Origin: the human T2T-CHM13v2.0 reference genome, Homo sapiens
Strand: one strand, 5' to 3'
DNA length: 64,000 nucleotides
NCBI RefSeq assembly: GCF_009914755.1
Contig: NC_060935.1
Of this stretch, positions 24,440-37,722 are shown one piece after another; positions within the stretch are counted from its first letter, which is position 1; the number at the start of each line of letters is the position of its first letter. The translations under genes were made by a program, and so were the position numbers. The notes beneath the pieces are model-generated. The model was not told the DNA's origin. It searched no databases and saw only the letters and a list, made by a program, of their open reading frames with translations.

Positions 24440-25120
24440 CTGATTATAAAACAGATACAATATCATCGGACAAAAATTGGAAAGCACAGAGCATATAAAA
24501 GAGGAAAGTTAAAATCACACACAATTTTTCATTCCAGTAATTATCATTACTTCCATTCTAATGTTCTTACTTGCTTGATTTTTTTCATTGTTTTTAAAAT
24601 AAAATGAAGGTTGTGTTTTTTATATCCTGCTTTTTATCCCTCAACATATTATCTTGGGTATTTTGTGTCTCATTAAAAATTCTGTGAAAGCATCATTTTA
24701 TTGCTGCTTATCGTTCTTTATTGTTGTGGTACCATGCTAATGCCATAATCTATGATTGTACATTTCATTTATTTTAATGTTGTATTATTTTCAGTGATAA
24801 TGTATGGACATATGAATATCTGTGTACATATCTACATTTATTCAATTTTGTCAACATAAATTTCCAGAATTGAAATTCCATGGTCAAATATAAATATGTG
24901 TTAAACCTCTAGATGCAGTTATCAAATTGCTCCCCAGTAATGTGGTTCCCATTTTCATTTCTACTAGGAGATTTGAAAATATCAGTCACTCATTCTTTCC
25001 AACAATATGCGTTATCATTCAATCCTTGCCATTTTAATAGGTAAAATGATTTCTCATTATGTTTTTAATCTGCATGTATGTTATTATTTATGAGGTGAGG
25101 TCATTTTAAAAATATATGTA
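24440..25120 (-). mobile_element. Old L1M (L1ME-like) relic
   Basis: CAAATTGCTCCCCAG...TTGCCATTTTAATAGGTAAAATGATTTCTCATT resembles antisense old L1. Confidence 0.55.
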
Positions 25121-25129
25121 TTGCCTCGT

Positions 25130-25645
25130 TGCCTTCTAGCCCTATATGATCAGGTCCTTCTTCCTTTCCAACCATCTTTCTGACATTACTCTACTCCAGC
25201 CACATGGTTCTTGCTGTTCCTAGGCTATGCTAACTTTGGTTTCACCTCAGGATCTTGATCATGCTGTTGGTTTTTCTCTACCTGTCATGTATCCTTGCTT
25301 TCAAATCTTAGCAAGGCTCACTTTCACATTCCATTCTGTTCTGTCCAAATGCTGCCTCCTCAGAGAATCTTTCTATATGGCTTCCTCATCCTAAATAGCC
25401 TCTTCTTCCATTATTCTATAACCACCTCCCCTACTTTCCCATAACATTTGTTTGTCACCTAAGATTATATAATTTATTTATGTAATTTCCTCCTGTTTGC
25501 TTTTTTAATTGTCTCCTCATGAGAATAGAAGCTTCCTGAAAGGAGGGGACACGACTATCTTATTTATTTCAGTATTAACTCTCACCACTTAGAATGCCAT
25601 CTAGCATATACTGGGTGCTTAATATTTGTGCAGTGAATTATCTGA
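25130..25645 (+). mobile_element. L2 3' fragment
   Basis: CTACTCCAGCCACA...AGAATAGAAGCTTCCTGAAAGG...GGTGCTTAATATTTGTG. Confidence 0.75.
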
Positions 25646-25983
25646 ATTTCACCTTTACCAGTCTTTTTATTTGGATATCTCTCTTTTTCTTATCGAAAAG
25701 ATTCCAGTAGAATAACACCATTAATCTTATTTATTTTTGGCTACTATATATACTACCCATATTTTTCCTAATTGAATTAGTCAGTTGTTTGTCTTTTAGG
25801 GGGATGAACAGGAAATGAAATATTTGAGTAAAAGTTTAAAATTTTCAGCAAGTCATGTTTGTTCAACTTTATTTTATGGTTCTCTTCTACAATATTATGT
25901 TCAAAAAGTCTTTCTGCAGACCAATAACTGATCAATATTCACATGTTGTTTCTTCAAGTTGCTTTGTTTTTATTGCTTAATTC

Positions 25984-26035
25984 TCAAATTCTGGGATTTA
26001 TTTTGATGTTCAAATTCTGGGATTTATTTTGATGT
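25984..26035. repeat. Perfect 26-bp tandem duplication
   Basis: TCAAATTCTGGGATTTATTTTGATGT occurs twice in tandem. Confidence 0.97.
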
Positions 26036-27054
26036 ATGTCATTTGTCTTATCTCTGTTCTTTAAACTGAATACAATAAAATCCAGAAATAATTTTAATAA
26101 ATTATTTACCAACTTAGAGTTATTTACTCTGCACATGTCCCTGAGTAAATTAGGGGACAATACTATAGTTGAAAAGTTTCTTTTTCTGAAGCTTGGCATG
26201 TCTATCCCTGATTACAGACTCACTTTCTTCTCATTGATTATCCCTGGAACCATTCTGATATGTATGCAAGGACAGTTGTTATCTATAAGATGTAACTCAA
26301 AAAGCACTGAAAACCTATTTTTTAAAATGTGGGTACTGTTTCTACAACAGTGTTTGGATACCATTTTTTTTTCGACTTAAATGTGATCCAGTACATGTCA
26401 ATAGTTTCGCATGTAGTATCTCCCTTAGTTCTCCCAGGAACAATGAAAATATTAATTCTATGTTACAAATGAAGAAACTGATACTTTAAGAGGTTAGAAA
26501 CATTCCTAAGGCTGTCCAGCTAGGAAGTGGCAGAATTCTAGTATCTCAATGCCACTGATAAAAACTGCGGTAGAAATGTTGAGTGACTACTGTGTACCAA
26601 CACTGAGCCAGGTGTATTTCACAGCTTGTTTTGTTGAATACTTAAGAAACCTCTTACATCTATTTGACAGATACAGTAATGAAGATTTAGAGACTTGTTC
26701 AAGGTCATACAACTACTATGCTACACTGCTTCTAATAATACTGCTTCAAAATTTCCTTATTCTTTGGGTAAAAGTGGTTTTAGTTAATGATCTGTATAAA
26801 CTAGCTTAAGCTAACTCTTGAAACATTGAGATGTAAAGATGTATAATGGCTCAAACTCAATTAAGGTGTTTTCGTAAAGACTAAACATATCTATTATAAA
26901 AACCCATTCTATAAAATTGCACATTAAAAATAATAAGACCACTGGGGAAAAAAACAGAATTGGGACAGACCCCTCCTAATCTGTGGAATTTTGTAACCAG
27001 AACACTAAAAAACAAGAAAAAAATACTAATACATTGAAAAAGACATGTTTCCAA

Positions 27055-27460
27055 CTATATGACATTCTGGAGAAGGCAGAACTCTGGAATAAACAGTAGA
27101 AATATCAGTGATTTCTGGGTGTTACAGGGGCAAGATGGATGAATAGGCAGAGAACAGAGGATTTTTGTGGTAGTGAAATTATTCTGTATGATACTATAAG
27201 GTTTGAAACATGTCATTATATGTTTGCCAAAAGCCACAAAGTGAACCCAAGACAGAACCCTAATGCAAACTATGAACTTTGAGTGATGATGATGTGTCAA
27301 TGCAGCTTCATAGATTGTAACAAACGTGCCACTGTGATAGGGAGTATCAATAGTTGGGACGCGTATACAGATGTGAAGTCAGGTTGTATATAAGAAGTTT
27401 CTGTACTCTCTGCTCAATTTTGCTGTGAATCTAAAACTGCTCTAGAAAATAAAGTCTCTT
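27055..27460 (+). mobile_element. L1MC-type 3' end fragment
   Basis: TATATGACATTCTGGAGAAGGCA...GAACCCTAATGCAAACTATGAACTTTG...AAACTGCTCTAGAAAATAAAG. Confidence 0.8.
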
Positions 27461-28949
27461 GGAAAATACACATTAAATTCCTAATAAGTAAGAATTACTT
27501 GGAAGCTACCTTTTTGAAAAAGTAGTAGAATAAGCCTGATGGAAAGGGTACAAAGAATGATTGATTTTCAGAGTTATTGCAACCACAGCCACCAGAGAAG
27601 ACCACCCAAAGTTTGTGATGCAGAGCAAGTGACCAAACTCAGAACAAACCTGAAGTGAATGGGAAGTTACAATTCTGTATTCATCCATGACTCATCCTGT
27701 TAAGCTGTATCAGGAGAGTTGGTGCTCTGCTGCTGTTAATTTGTGGCATAAAACATTAATGTGCTGGGAAATATCAGATACAAAGGCACACCACTCTACA
27801 TTATTCTAAATCATTCCCCTGTTTAGCAACCTTGTATGAGTTAATTCATTGTAGAAATTGTAGCAGAACAGACTTGAGTGGTCTATTTCTTTCTCAGCTC
27901 ACAGTATTACTCCAGAGAACAGGTTGGCAGGATGCCTTACTCCGTGCTGTGTTGGAGTACAGGTTTATGGACACTTCCAAGGTGACCTGGGGGATCATTT
28001 CCATTTCATCCAGTCGGAAGGAAAATGATCTCTGAAGGTTTTCCTGGACCAGTCTTTGAAGAGGTGCTTACCACTTCCTCTCATATTCCATATTCTGGAA
28101 TTCAGTCTGGCCACACATAATGAGATAGAGCCAACAAATGATGTTAGTCTTCCAACTGTGTACCCATGAAGAGGAAAACATGTGTTTCATCCAGTGGTAA
28201 TAGTCTATGCCACAAAATTATAACCAAATGCTGATTTTATTGCCAAGTTCAAATCTGGGTGGGCACACCAACTAGACGACTGAAACTGTAACCCTGCAAA
28301 CATGGACTGCCCTAAAAGATCTATTACAGCACCACTTGTTTTATAAAGAGGTGATGATGAGGTTTTTAGAGGGCAGTTATCAACATTTGTACTGCATATC
28401 AAATGCAGACATTTAATGCCTAATACCTGTTTAAAGGTAAGTACAAAGATAAGCACCTTTAATAGCTTACCTTTAATAGATTTTGTTCTTAAAGTTTTAT
28501 AATATAATGCTTTTACTTTAGTTCTGTGACAGGAAAGATGAGATGGCATGATAGATAGAAGAGCATGTGATTAAGTCAGATAACGTGGATTTCTAATTCT
28601 GATGCTAGCATAATCCACCTGTGACTTGGGGTAAAAAAAAATTGATTGCTCTGAGCCTAAGCTTTCTTGTCTATAAAAAATGGAGAGGATGATACTGCAT
28701 AGGGATGTTGTGCCAATTAAATGAAGTCACCTTTAGAAATTCAGGACTCAATAAAAAGGCCAAGGGCTTTGGAATCAGAACAAATGAGGATTTAAATCAT
28801 GGATGCACTTTATTACTCATGCGATCTTGAGCAAATTATCTAATCTCTCCCAGCTTTCAGTTTCCTAAACTAGAAAAAAGGAATTATGACATTATGGTAT
28901 ACTTACTCCTTGAATAGATGTATATCACCTAATAATACACCTGGTGTTT

Positions 28950-29950
28950 TTATTCATTTAGCAAGTATTCATTAGTTATCTATAACGTGACCACTGGTGG
29001 TCATATTGTGTATTTGGGAGAGAGTTCCAAAAACAACAAACAACATTCATGTCTTTCATGGAGTTTACTTTCTATTAGGGATTAGGGAAAGGAGAGATAT
29101 AAGCAAAATAAGCAAATAAATGAATAAATAAGAAACTTTCCATTAGCAATTAACAATTTAAAAATAAACCAAATAATAAACTGGAGAAAGCCTTGGGGTA
29201 GAGTAGGGTTATGCTATTGTGTGTATGTTTGCGTGCCCCCCTCCCTCAAAATTCATATCTTGAAATCCTAAGCCCCAGTGTGTTACTAGTAAGATGGGGC
29301 CTTTGGAGGTGTTTAGGCTCTTTTATAAGGGATTAGTGCCCTCATAAAAGAGGTTGGACGATGATCCCTTGCCCCTTCCACTATGTGAGGACACAGTGAG
29401 AAGTTACCTTCTGTGAACCAGGAAATGCTCCTTCAACAGGCACTGAATCTGTTGGTGCCTTAATCATGAATTTTAGATTCTGGAATTTAAATTTCAGAAC
29501 TGTGATAAATACATTTTTGTAGTTTATAAGCTACCCAGTGTATGATATTTAGTGATAGCAGCCCAAACAAATAAAGACAGGCTATTTTCCATAGAGTGGT
29601 ATTAAAAATTATCTTCAAGGAGATGATTCTTGAGCTGAGAACTGAGTGATGTAAAGGAATAAAACAATTGACAATCAAAAGGGTTTCCCAGAAAGAGGCA
29701 ACAGTCAAACAAAGACTGGTTGGAAGGAAAAGGCCAATATATTACAAGTATATTTTAAGTATGGAAACAGAGAAATGAGAAAGGAGACTGCTCCTACAGT
29801 CCATGTGAAAGGAAATATTGTTTTGGAGCAGGAGAGTAGCAGTGGGGACTAGAAACACTGAACAGAGGCAGGAATATGTTTTGAAGCTATTGCCATTAAA
29901 ATGTACATGAGAGTTAAAAGAAAGATAAATCGAGGATGACTATGAGTTTT
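28950..29950 (-). mobile_element. L2 relic interrupted by an MLT1A LTR
   Basis: TTATTCATTTAGCAAGTATTCATTAG start, with L2-like sequence resuming after 29584. Confidence 0.6.
29212..29579 (+). mobile_element. MLT1A-type MaLR solo LTR
   Basis: TGCTAT...CAAAATTCATATCTTGAAATCCTAA...AAGACA, with a 5-bp TSD GGTTA/GGCTA. Confidence 0.88.
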
Positions 29951-32211
29951 TTTTTTGCCATGAATAGTGTGAAATGATAGCAGATAATACATGGCAGATA
30001 AATTTTAAGTGGTAGCTATTATAATCACATATCAAAAATCTTCCATAAATTAAAACTTGGTTAATTAGATGATTCTTTTTCCTCTTAAGTAATTATCCTC
30101 CCTCTCTTTCCCTACATTTTCCCCTTCACAGATTCAAGATCTTCAGAAGTTTAAGGGTTTAAATGTTTGATTATTCTTCTCCACTTCCTGTGGGGAACTG
30201 GGGACATTATGAAATAAACATAGAAAATATAGAAGGCATTAAAATAAAATAAAAACACAAAAAGACTTCCAAAGAAGGTGGTGTTAGTATCATGAACTGT
30301 CAAATGTGAGTTCATCAGCCCTTTGCACCTGAAGCTAACAATAAAGAAATTAAAGGTGTAGTCGTTCCTGGATTTGCTCTCAGTATCCTAAAAATTATGC
30401 CTCCACTATGTAGTCTAAATGCTTTCAAAACCTGAGAGACTATGGTGTTCTAGCAAAATTATTTCCCTACCCCCTTTTGGACAATTGGATGCCATTGAAG
30501 GACAAAAGAATTCCTCTGAATATGTAAGTAAGAAATACCGAGGGAAAAAAATAACTGCTAGATGTAGTAATTTTTCCTTCTGCAAATTTTTCATACTATT
30601 TTATGTTTGACAAAAGGAGAAATGTAGCTCCAAATGAGGAATATTAGAAAGCAACATTCAGGTCTCACAAAGTTTTAATCTGAAAAGTAGAATCTTTGAC
30701 TTTTGCTGTGCATCTATTGCCATGCTGTTTCCCTCAAAACAATTTTGTTATGCTAATATTTCTTCTCAAAAGAAATGTTCTAGTGGTCAGGCAAATACAA
30801 TTATCATTGAGTATGAGATGGACCAAGGGAACTAAAGGTACTTAACTATGGAAAATAGAATTTCCTTATGACCTGATGTATCCTCCCTGCAGTCTACTAA
30901 GGATAAAACAATCATAAAACACACTAACACAATTCATTACTAATATAAATTTCCTTATAGCAAAATAATTAAGCTGACTTCTTTTAGCAAATTTAAGTGG
31001 AGAATGAGCAAGCCTATTGTAAGCAATCATGCAGAAATATCTACAGATAGATTCACCCACAAAAAAAAAATTACCCAAGAAAATGAAAATGAAGCACTTG
31101 TCTGGTCCTGATAATTGTAGCACTTAGCATGGTAGAGTCGGGCATTCAACTTAGATGAATATAAATTATTTATGTCTAACTCAGGGCCTCCAAACTACAA
31201 GCTTCATCTTTAAAATTGTAGTTTCTCAGTGGAGAGAAAAAAATGTATTAGCTTCAAAGCTGTGCACCTCATAATGCTTTCTAATAGACTTCCATGTCTG
31301 TATTTTGCATAAGCAGCACTGATATTTTACCCTGAGGTAATTCTGTGGTCTTTCAGAGTTTACTATTAAGTTGCTAAGCATGAAGCTTGGCAATTGCTGT
31401 TTATTTTAGAGACGTTTGTTCCATATCAAATCATAAAAACAAATGCATCTTTTGGGGGTTAGTAATACTACCATGTGTCATGCTTTTGATAAGTTCAAAA
31501 TCCATTATAAATTATAAAAATATTAAGTACACAGTATCTATATTGATTATCAAAAGTGTATTGGGAAAATATTTTGACAAGCTTTTTTCCTGTGATTTCA
31601 TTCTATTTCCTAAAATTTCTTTAAAAGCAGAGAGAAATTGTGATGAATGGATTCTGGGTTGCATAATCAACAAATAGCCAGTGAAAGCACGTGTGAGAAG
31701 ACTGTCATTGGGAAATGTATGAAATACTTCTTGCCATTAAGGTCCCAGTAAATAACAATTACAACCACAGTTGATCAAGGCATTTCTTAACAGAATTTGT
31801 CTTTTTAACAGGTGAATGGCTCTCAGACATTTCTTCATTTCATTCTGAGCTGATATAACTAAGAACTCTTCAGTATGGCCACTACTGGGTAAAGTGATTC
31901 ATTCATGACAATTGTGAAGGTGAAGAGTGGAATTGATAGCACTAGAAGTGCCAAATATAAGAAGAGTCCTAAAATTTATGAAATGATTCCTGGTATAAAT
32001 ATAAATACCTTCCTCTGAGCAACTCCCAGATAACCATTCTTCCACAAATAGCTTTATAGAAGGAAAATTTTGAGGATTTTTATTTGAAATCTAAAACCTT
32101 CAGTCCAGTTTTCTTGCTCATGTTGATATTATTTATTTGTCGTCATTTAGGTTCTTATTCAGATTTGGTGCTGCTTTCTACCTGTTTGTAAGCTCAGCAT
32201 GCATACTAACA

Positions 32212-32449
32212 GTGGGGCCTGATGGGGAGGTGTTTGGTATATGAGGGCTCTGCTTTTTTGAATACATTAATGCCACTATTTTAAAAAGCCTTTAAAATTC
32301 ACTTCCTGCTACTCTTCTGCCATGTGAAGAACAGGATTCCTCCCCTTGCAAGATGCAGCATTCAAGGCACCCACCTCCCAATACTGATCCATTGGTGATC
32401 AAGTTTCTACATGAGTTTTGGAGGAGACAAAAACATTCAAACCATAGCA
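32212..32449. mobile_element. Rearranged MST/MLT1A-type LTR fragment, two pieces in opposite orientation
   Basis: 32212-32370 reads as LTR sense. 32370-32449 is the LTR 5' end in antisense (ends CAAACCATAGCA). Confidence 0.65.
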
Positions 32450-34429
32450 ATTTTAGAGCATTGTGTTTCTTTATTATTGTATATATAGATGGCATGATTG
32501 TCATTTTTTGATATCATATAAATTGCTGATCATTATATTCTAATAGACCATCAAAGGCCTCTCCTACTTTCTTTCTGAATGTCTCTCTCTCCTCCTTTGA
32601 AATTCTGATGAACTTTTAATAAAAATTCAAAACTGTTTGTTCTATGTTTTTATAGATGTAATAGATAACCTGAGGGTACCCCCATCAACACACACACACA
32701 GGAACACTCAGCTACTAAAATATAAGGTAATCATTCCTGTTCTAGTTAGAATTTTTTTTTTCAGTTGCAAGAAACAGTGGCTCATTCAAGCTTACTCCTG
32801 AAAAGGGAAACTTATTGTAAGGAGTCAATGGAGAGCTTCATATCTATTCAAGATCAGGAGTGAAATGAGGTCAGGCCTCCCTAAGGTAGATTCCAGGACC
32901 TGGGAAGTGAAGGACAGAGGCTGCTTGTCTCTTGAAGGCAAAGGACTTCAATATCCTGCTTTTGCCTGGTTTTCAGCTCTCTGCTCATCTATCTCACAAC
33001 TACTTCTCTGTGAGATTCTTATCTTGTATAACTTCAAAGGCTTGGGGCTTTTTCACTGCCTCGATAGACCAGTTCTATAAACTTTTCAGAGAAAGTGCTC
33101 ATCATTGACTAGATCTCTTTCCATGTTATTACATGGTTCATATTGCTAAGTGACAGTCTGATTGGTTCACCTCATCTTGTAAGTTCAGTCTCACAAGCTA
33201 TAGAATAGAGCTAATCTTTGTAGATCAGAACTACTTATTGTTTACCCAATCAGCTGCAGCAGAAATACTTAGGGTAGGGGATGGAGTGAAGGGAGATGGA
33301 GGAGACGTGGTGAGGATATTTGGTATAATTTCTGCTCAGCTGATACAATAGGCTGGGACTATTTCAGAAACATAAGGTAACAACAGGGAATGAATGGCAT
33401 TTCTAAAAATTTTTAAACTTATGCACCCAAAAGTGCATCTATGGCAACTATGCCATTTCTTTACATTCCATTTCATAATAGAAAACATACATTAAATTCA
33501 TGTTCTATTTCATATAGCCATTGATGATATAGGCTAATATATATCCATAAACACAGTTTTGGAAGGAGTGATAAACTACATTTTCCCCAAGTTTGCTTTG
33601 AGAATGATGCTGAGTTGGGTATATGACATCACAGCAGTTGCTGAGATTTACAAATAACATAATTCTTAGATCAATAAATGTCAGCACACAAAAAAATTAG
33701 ATAAAACTTTTTCATATGCATGTTAGTTTGGAAAAACATGATGATATATGTTACATGCATTGATGGATAAATACATTATGTGAAGACATTCCATGCAGTA
33801 TGAGATTAAATATTTATTTGATAAGGTGTATTATCATTACTATGAGAAAATAATGCCAGGGACTGTATTCATTAAAGTTTGGCAGTCTGCACTCAGGCCA
33901 TAGAATGCACGGAGCATTCTTCCATGTCATACATGTAGCTGGAGACCCATAATTGGGATTGTAGAAATAACCTCTAGATTTGAGCTTTGTCTTTTAACTT
34001 GTTAGCAGGGATGCTGTTGAACAAGTCAGTTAACCATTCTAAGCCTGTTTCTGTGTTTTTAAAATGTTGTGTCAAATAATTTAGTGTGTATGTAAGCACT
34101 TTGTAAACTATAAAGCACTACTGAAATATTAAATACTCTCACTCCCTTTCAGGATGTAGAAAGAGGAACAATGGTGAAGGAGACTATCTGTCTAGTCCAA
34201 TTCCAATGCTTTTGTATGGAGATCATCTATAATGGATGACCAGTTATCTTAAAATCACTAGAAGGAACTAACACTACAATTAAATTCATGTCTTACTGTA
34301 AACTCATTTATTGTAGCATTTAATCTTGTGTTGTTCAACAGAAGGGATTTAAAATATATAGCTTGAGTTCACTTTCCAAAGCTAATGCAATTGTTCTCAC
34401 ATTGTTCTACAAGAAAAAGAACATCTAAC

Positions 34430-34473
34430 AAGAAGGAAGGAAGGAAGGAAGGAAAGAAAGAGAGAGAAAGAAA

Positions 34474-34520
<47 letters not shown>

Positions 34521-34538
34521 GAAGGAAGGAAGGAAGGA

Positions 34539-34602
<64 letters not shown>

Positions 34603-34616
34603 AAAAGAAGGAAAGG
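34430..34616. repeat. Compound (GGAA)n/(GAAA)n polypurine tract
   Basis: About 185 nt of purines only, with (GGAA)5 at 34435-34454 and at 34520-34539. Confidence 0.98.
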
Positions 34617-35749
34617 ATGATGTCTCCTCTAATCTAGCACTTTGTGCTCTCAAAGGCAAGTGTTCCTTGCCAGGTCAGTGAGATCAGGTAAGTGTGACAC
34701 AGTGCTTTGGTTAGTTAGCATAGATTTAATCTTGTTTCCATAGAAACATGGCTTCATTTCTGAAATTGGTCAGACATTCTTATAAAATGATTGTGAGAAC
34801 ACTTTTCAGCTAGCATTTTTTTCTAGCTAGTACGAGATGCTATAACAACTCTGTCCTAACGCTATTTCTTTCCCTATATTTTGAGATGCATTAAGTGGTA
34901 TATTTAAAAATGTAATTCAGGATATGGGACTTGGCAAATGCAAATTCACACTTCATGCTTTTACTTATCAGTTCAAAGTATTACTTCCATAAGCAATAGA
35001 AAATACAGTGCCAGGTGTTAGTAACTTTTCACTGTTTTAACTTGGGTTGGGTTACTGGGGTGGCTATGCCTGGCTGGCCATGGAAAGCGCGTAGATGGAC
35101 ATAAGTAAAACTCCTAGATTTTGCAGGGAGGACCTAGAGAAAGAGAGGTTGCCCTAATCCCAGCAGAGCAAAAAATTTGACTCATAACTTAAATATTCAG
35201 CCAATGGCAACAAGACTCGCTGAAACCAAAAAAATGTGGTCTTACATATTCTTTAAAAAATGTTTCTGGTGCTATTGTGACTTGGGGGTGTATAGGGCTG
35301 AGAGCTCAGGATTTCATGTGGCTTTAGCATGGTGGCTCTCCACTCTGTGATGGCTGCCATAGCCATTCAGCTTGGGATGCTCCTCTGTAAGGTACAAGAA
35401 GGCAACAGGAGCTATATTCTTCTACTCCTATCAGGGTCTCATAGCTTCCTTTGCATGACTTGTTGGCCACCTTGGAAGTAAAGCTTGAAGAGTCAAATTT
35501 TTCATTTTTATCCTTCTTCATCCCACTCCCAGACTCTGTTCTGGTCTGATACTGTTACTTATGTTTTATTCTATTAAAAGCAAGAAAGGAATTCTGGAAA
35601 CATTTTCCTTCCATTTCATCTCTCTTCTGCTTTCAATAATTCTGTATGTCAGAGGTGAATCTATTTTTGTTTTGCCCTAGCATATATTATTTGCTTGAGA
35701 TGGATTACTGAAGAAATACATTTTTTTCTATAGTGTATTTCTCTCCCTC

Positions 35750-35895
35750 TTTTTTTTTTTTTTTTTTTAACAAAAATAGAGGTATGGTCTTGCTTTGTTG
35801 CCAAGGCTGGTCTCCAACTCCTGGACTCAAGCTATCTTCTTGCCTAATTCTCTCAAAGTATTGGGATTATAAGTGTGAGCTATTGTGCCTGGCCG
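35750..35895 (-). mobile_element. Alu left monomer (FLAM-like)
   Basis: Poly(T) followed by GGTCTTGCTTTGTTGCCAAGGCTGGTCTC...GTGCCTGGCC. Confidence 0.85.
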
Positions 35896-36789
35896 AGAGT
35901 ATATTTCTCTTAAAAGCAGAAAAGCTTCATTTCTGTAAAATAAACAGGGAATGTATGGGCTGAGAAAAAAATTATAGATGAATGTTTTATTTCATTTAGG
36001 CTAGGGATTTCCAAAAGTATGGACCTATGGCTGACCTTTTGATTTTAAATAGCATCATTGTTAGTTATTCAAAAATGTGAGGTGGTGATGTGAATGGTAG
36101 AACAACATTTTTATTGGCAGAAACCTGACACAATTCTGGACCTGTTTAGCTTACCTCTATATTACTCTTTATTATTTCTGCATGGCATGTGCCCCCTGTG
36201 TAACAATAAAGACCCAATTAAGTGAAAAATGCCTTCTCTATTGGTAATGTTAAAAACAGTCCATTTGACTCTAACTTTTATTCACTATCTAACATGTATG
36301 TTGCACAAGGATGAAAAAGACTGAAGATGTAAAAAGCATAGAAATCATGGTCTCAGAAAAATGCTTCAGTGTCTTCCCTTCTTTTAATGAAATTGAAATG
36401 TTTTAATGTAGCCCAGGACATTGCAACATCTGGACCCGCCTTTCTCTCCTTTTTTGTTCTTTTCTTTGCTCTCAAACTCTAGTCACACTGGCTTCCATTT
36501 CTTTTCATGAACATGCCAAGCTCTTACACACCTGAGCCTTCTCACATGAGTGTGAACATTATTCCTGGCCTCTTTATTTAGCTGCTTCCAGTCCCTTTGG
36601 TCTTACGTTGCAATGAAGAGAAATTCCCCACTAGCATCAGAATAGATTCTAATCATTCTCTTCACTATTATCTTTGAATGTTATGCTATTTCAATTATAG
36701 CATTGTCATTTGTATTAATTTTATTATTTGCTTGTCTACTTTGTTGCTTGTTTCCCTTCTCTGAGAGGTAAGTACAATATAATAATTAT

Positions 36790-37005
36790 GAGTGCAAGAT
36801 AGGATTCATCCCAGTTTTACCACTTTGCAGCCATATAATCCTGGGAAAGTTATTTAATTTCTCTGTGCTTCAGTTTCCTTATCTGCAAAATGGAGGCAAC
36901 AAATAACCTCATAGAATTGTGGAGACTAATGAGTTAACAAAGGCAAAGCCTTTAAAATAGTATTTCACGTATTATAAAATCTCAACAAATGTAGCTATTA
37001 TTATT
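36790..37005. mobile_element. MIR within an L2 relic
   Basis: CTGGGAAAGTTATTTAATTTCTCTGTGCTTCAGTTTCCTTATCTGCAAAATGG. Confidence 0.8.
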
Positions 37006-37722
37006 AGATTATTAGCTAAAGTATTAGATGTTTAAGATTAGATATTAGTTTATAATATCTTAAATAATGTCTGACACATATTAGTTATGCAATAAAATTC
37101 ATAATTTTTTATTGAAAGAAAGAAATGAGTGAATATATAAGTAACAATCAAAGGGACAGGAGCAGTAGAAACACCTCTGACTTGACAATACAAACTTCTA
37201 GACACTAGGTTAATTTCTACCATTTTCTCTGTAACTTGGGGTAAAATATATAACCTTCTTTCATATCAGTTTCCTAATAAATAAATAATATATTTGGACT
37301 AGATAACCTCTTATAAACCTTCCAATGTAAATAGTATATGATTCTACACTAATCTAGGTCACTGTGAGTTTAGCATTTTGCTCTCCTTACAATTGTAGAA
37401 TTATCTGTAAGGACTTAAATCACCTGTTCTTTCCCATTCTTACTGGGTATCTGAAGGATCTGTGATCATCTGGAGTCTTCCCCAGGTACTTAGAGGCCCC
37501 TATGATTAAATCCATTTGAAGAGCTTTCTTCTGGAGTCTTACAAGGATTGATTTGTAGTAAGATAACACACAATGAACAAAAATAACCAGTATTATTTTT
37601 CAAGTGACTGTTATATTTCAGTTTCTATCTCAGGTCCCTTGCATGTATTATATAATTAAATGCAACATCCCTAAAACACAGGCATTTTTATTCCCGTTTT
37701 ACAGATGATAAAACAGATCTCC

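Noticed and set aside
34369-34681. Lys/Glu/Arg-rich and Phe/Leu/Ser-rich ORFs
   Set aside because: Artefacts of the (GAAA)n/(GGAA)n tract.
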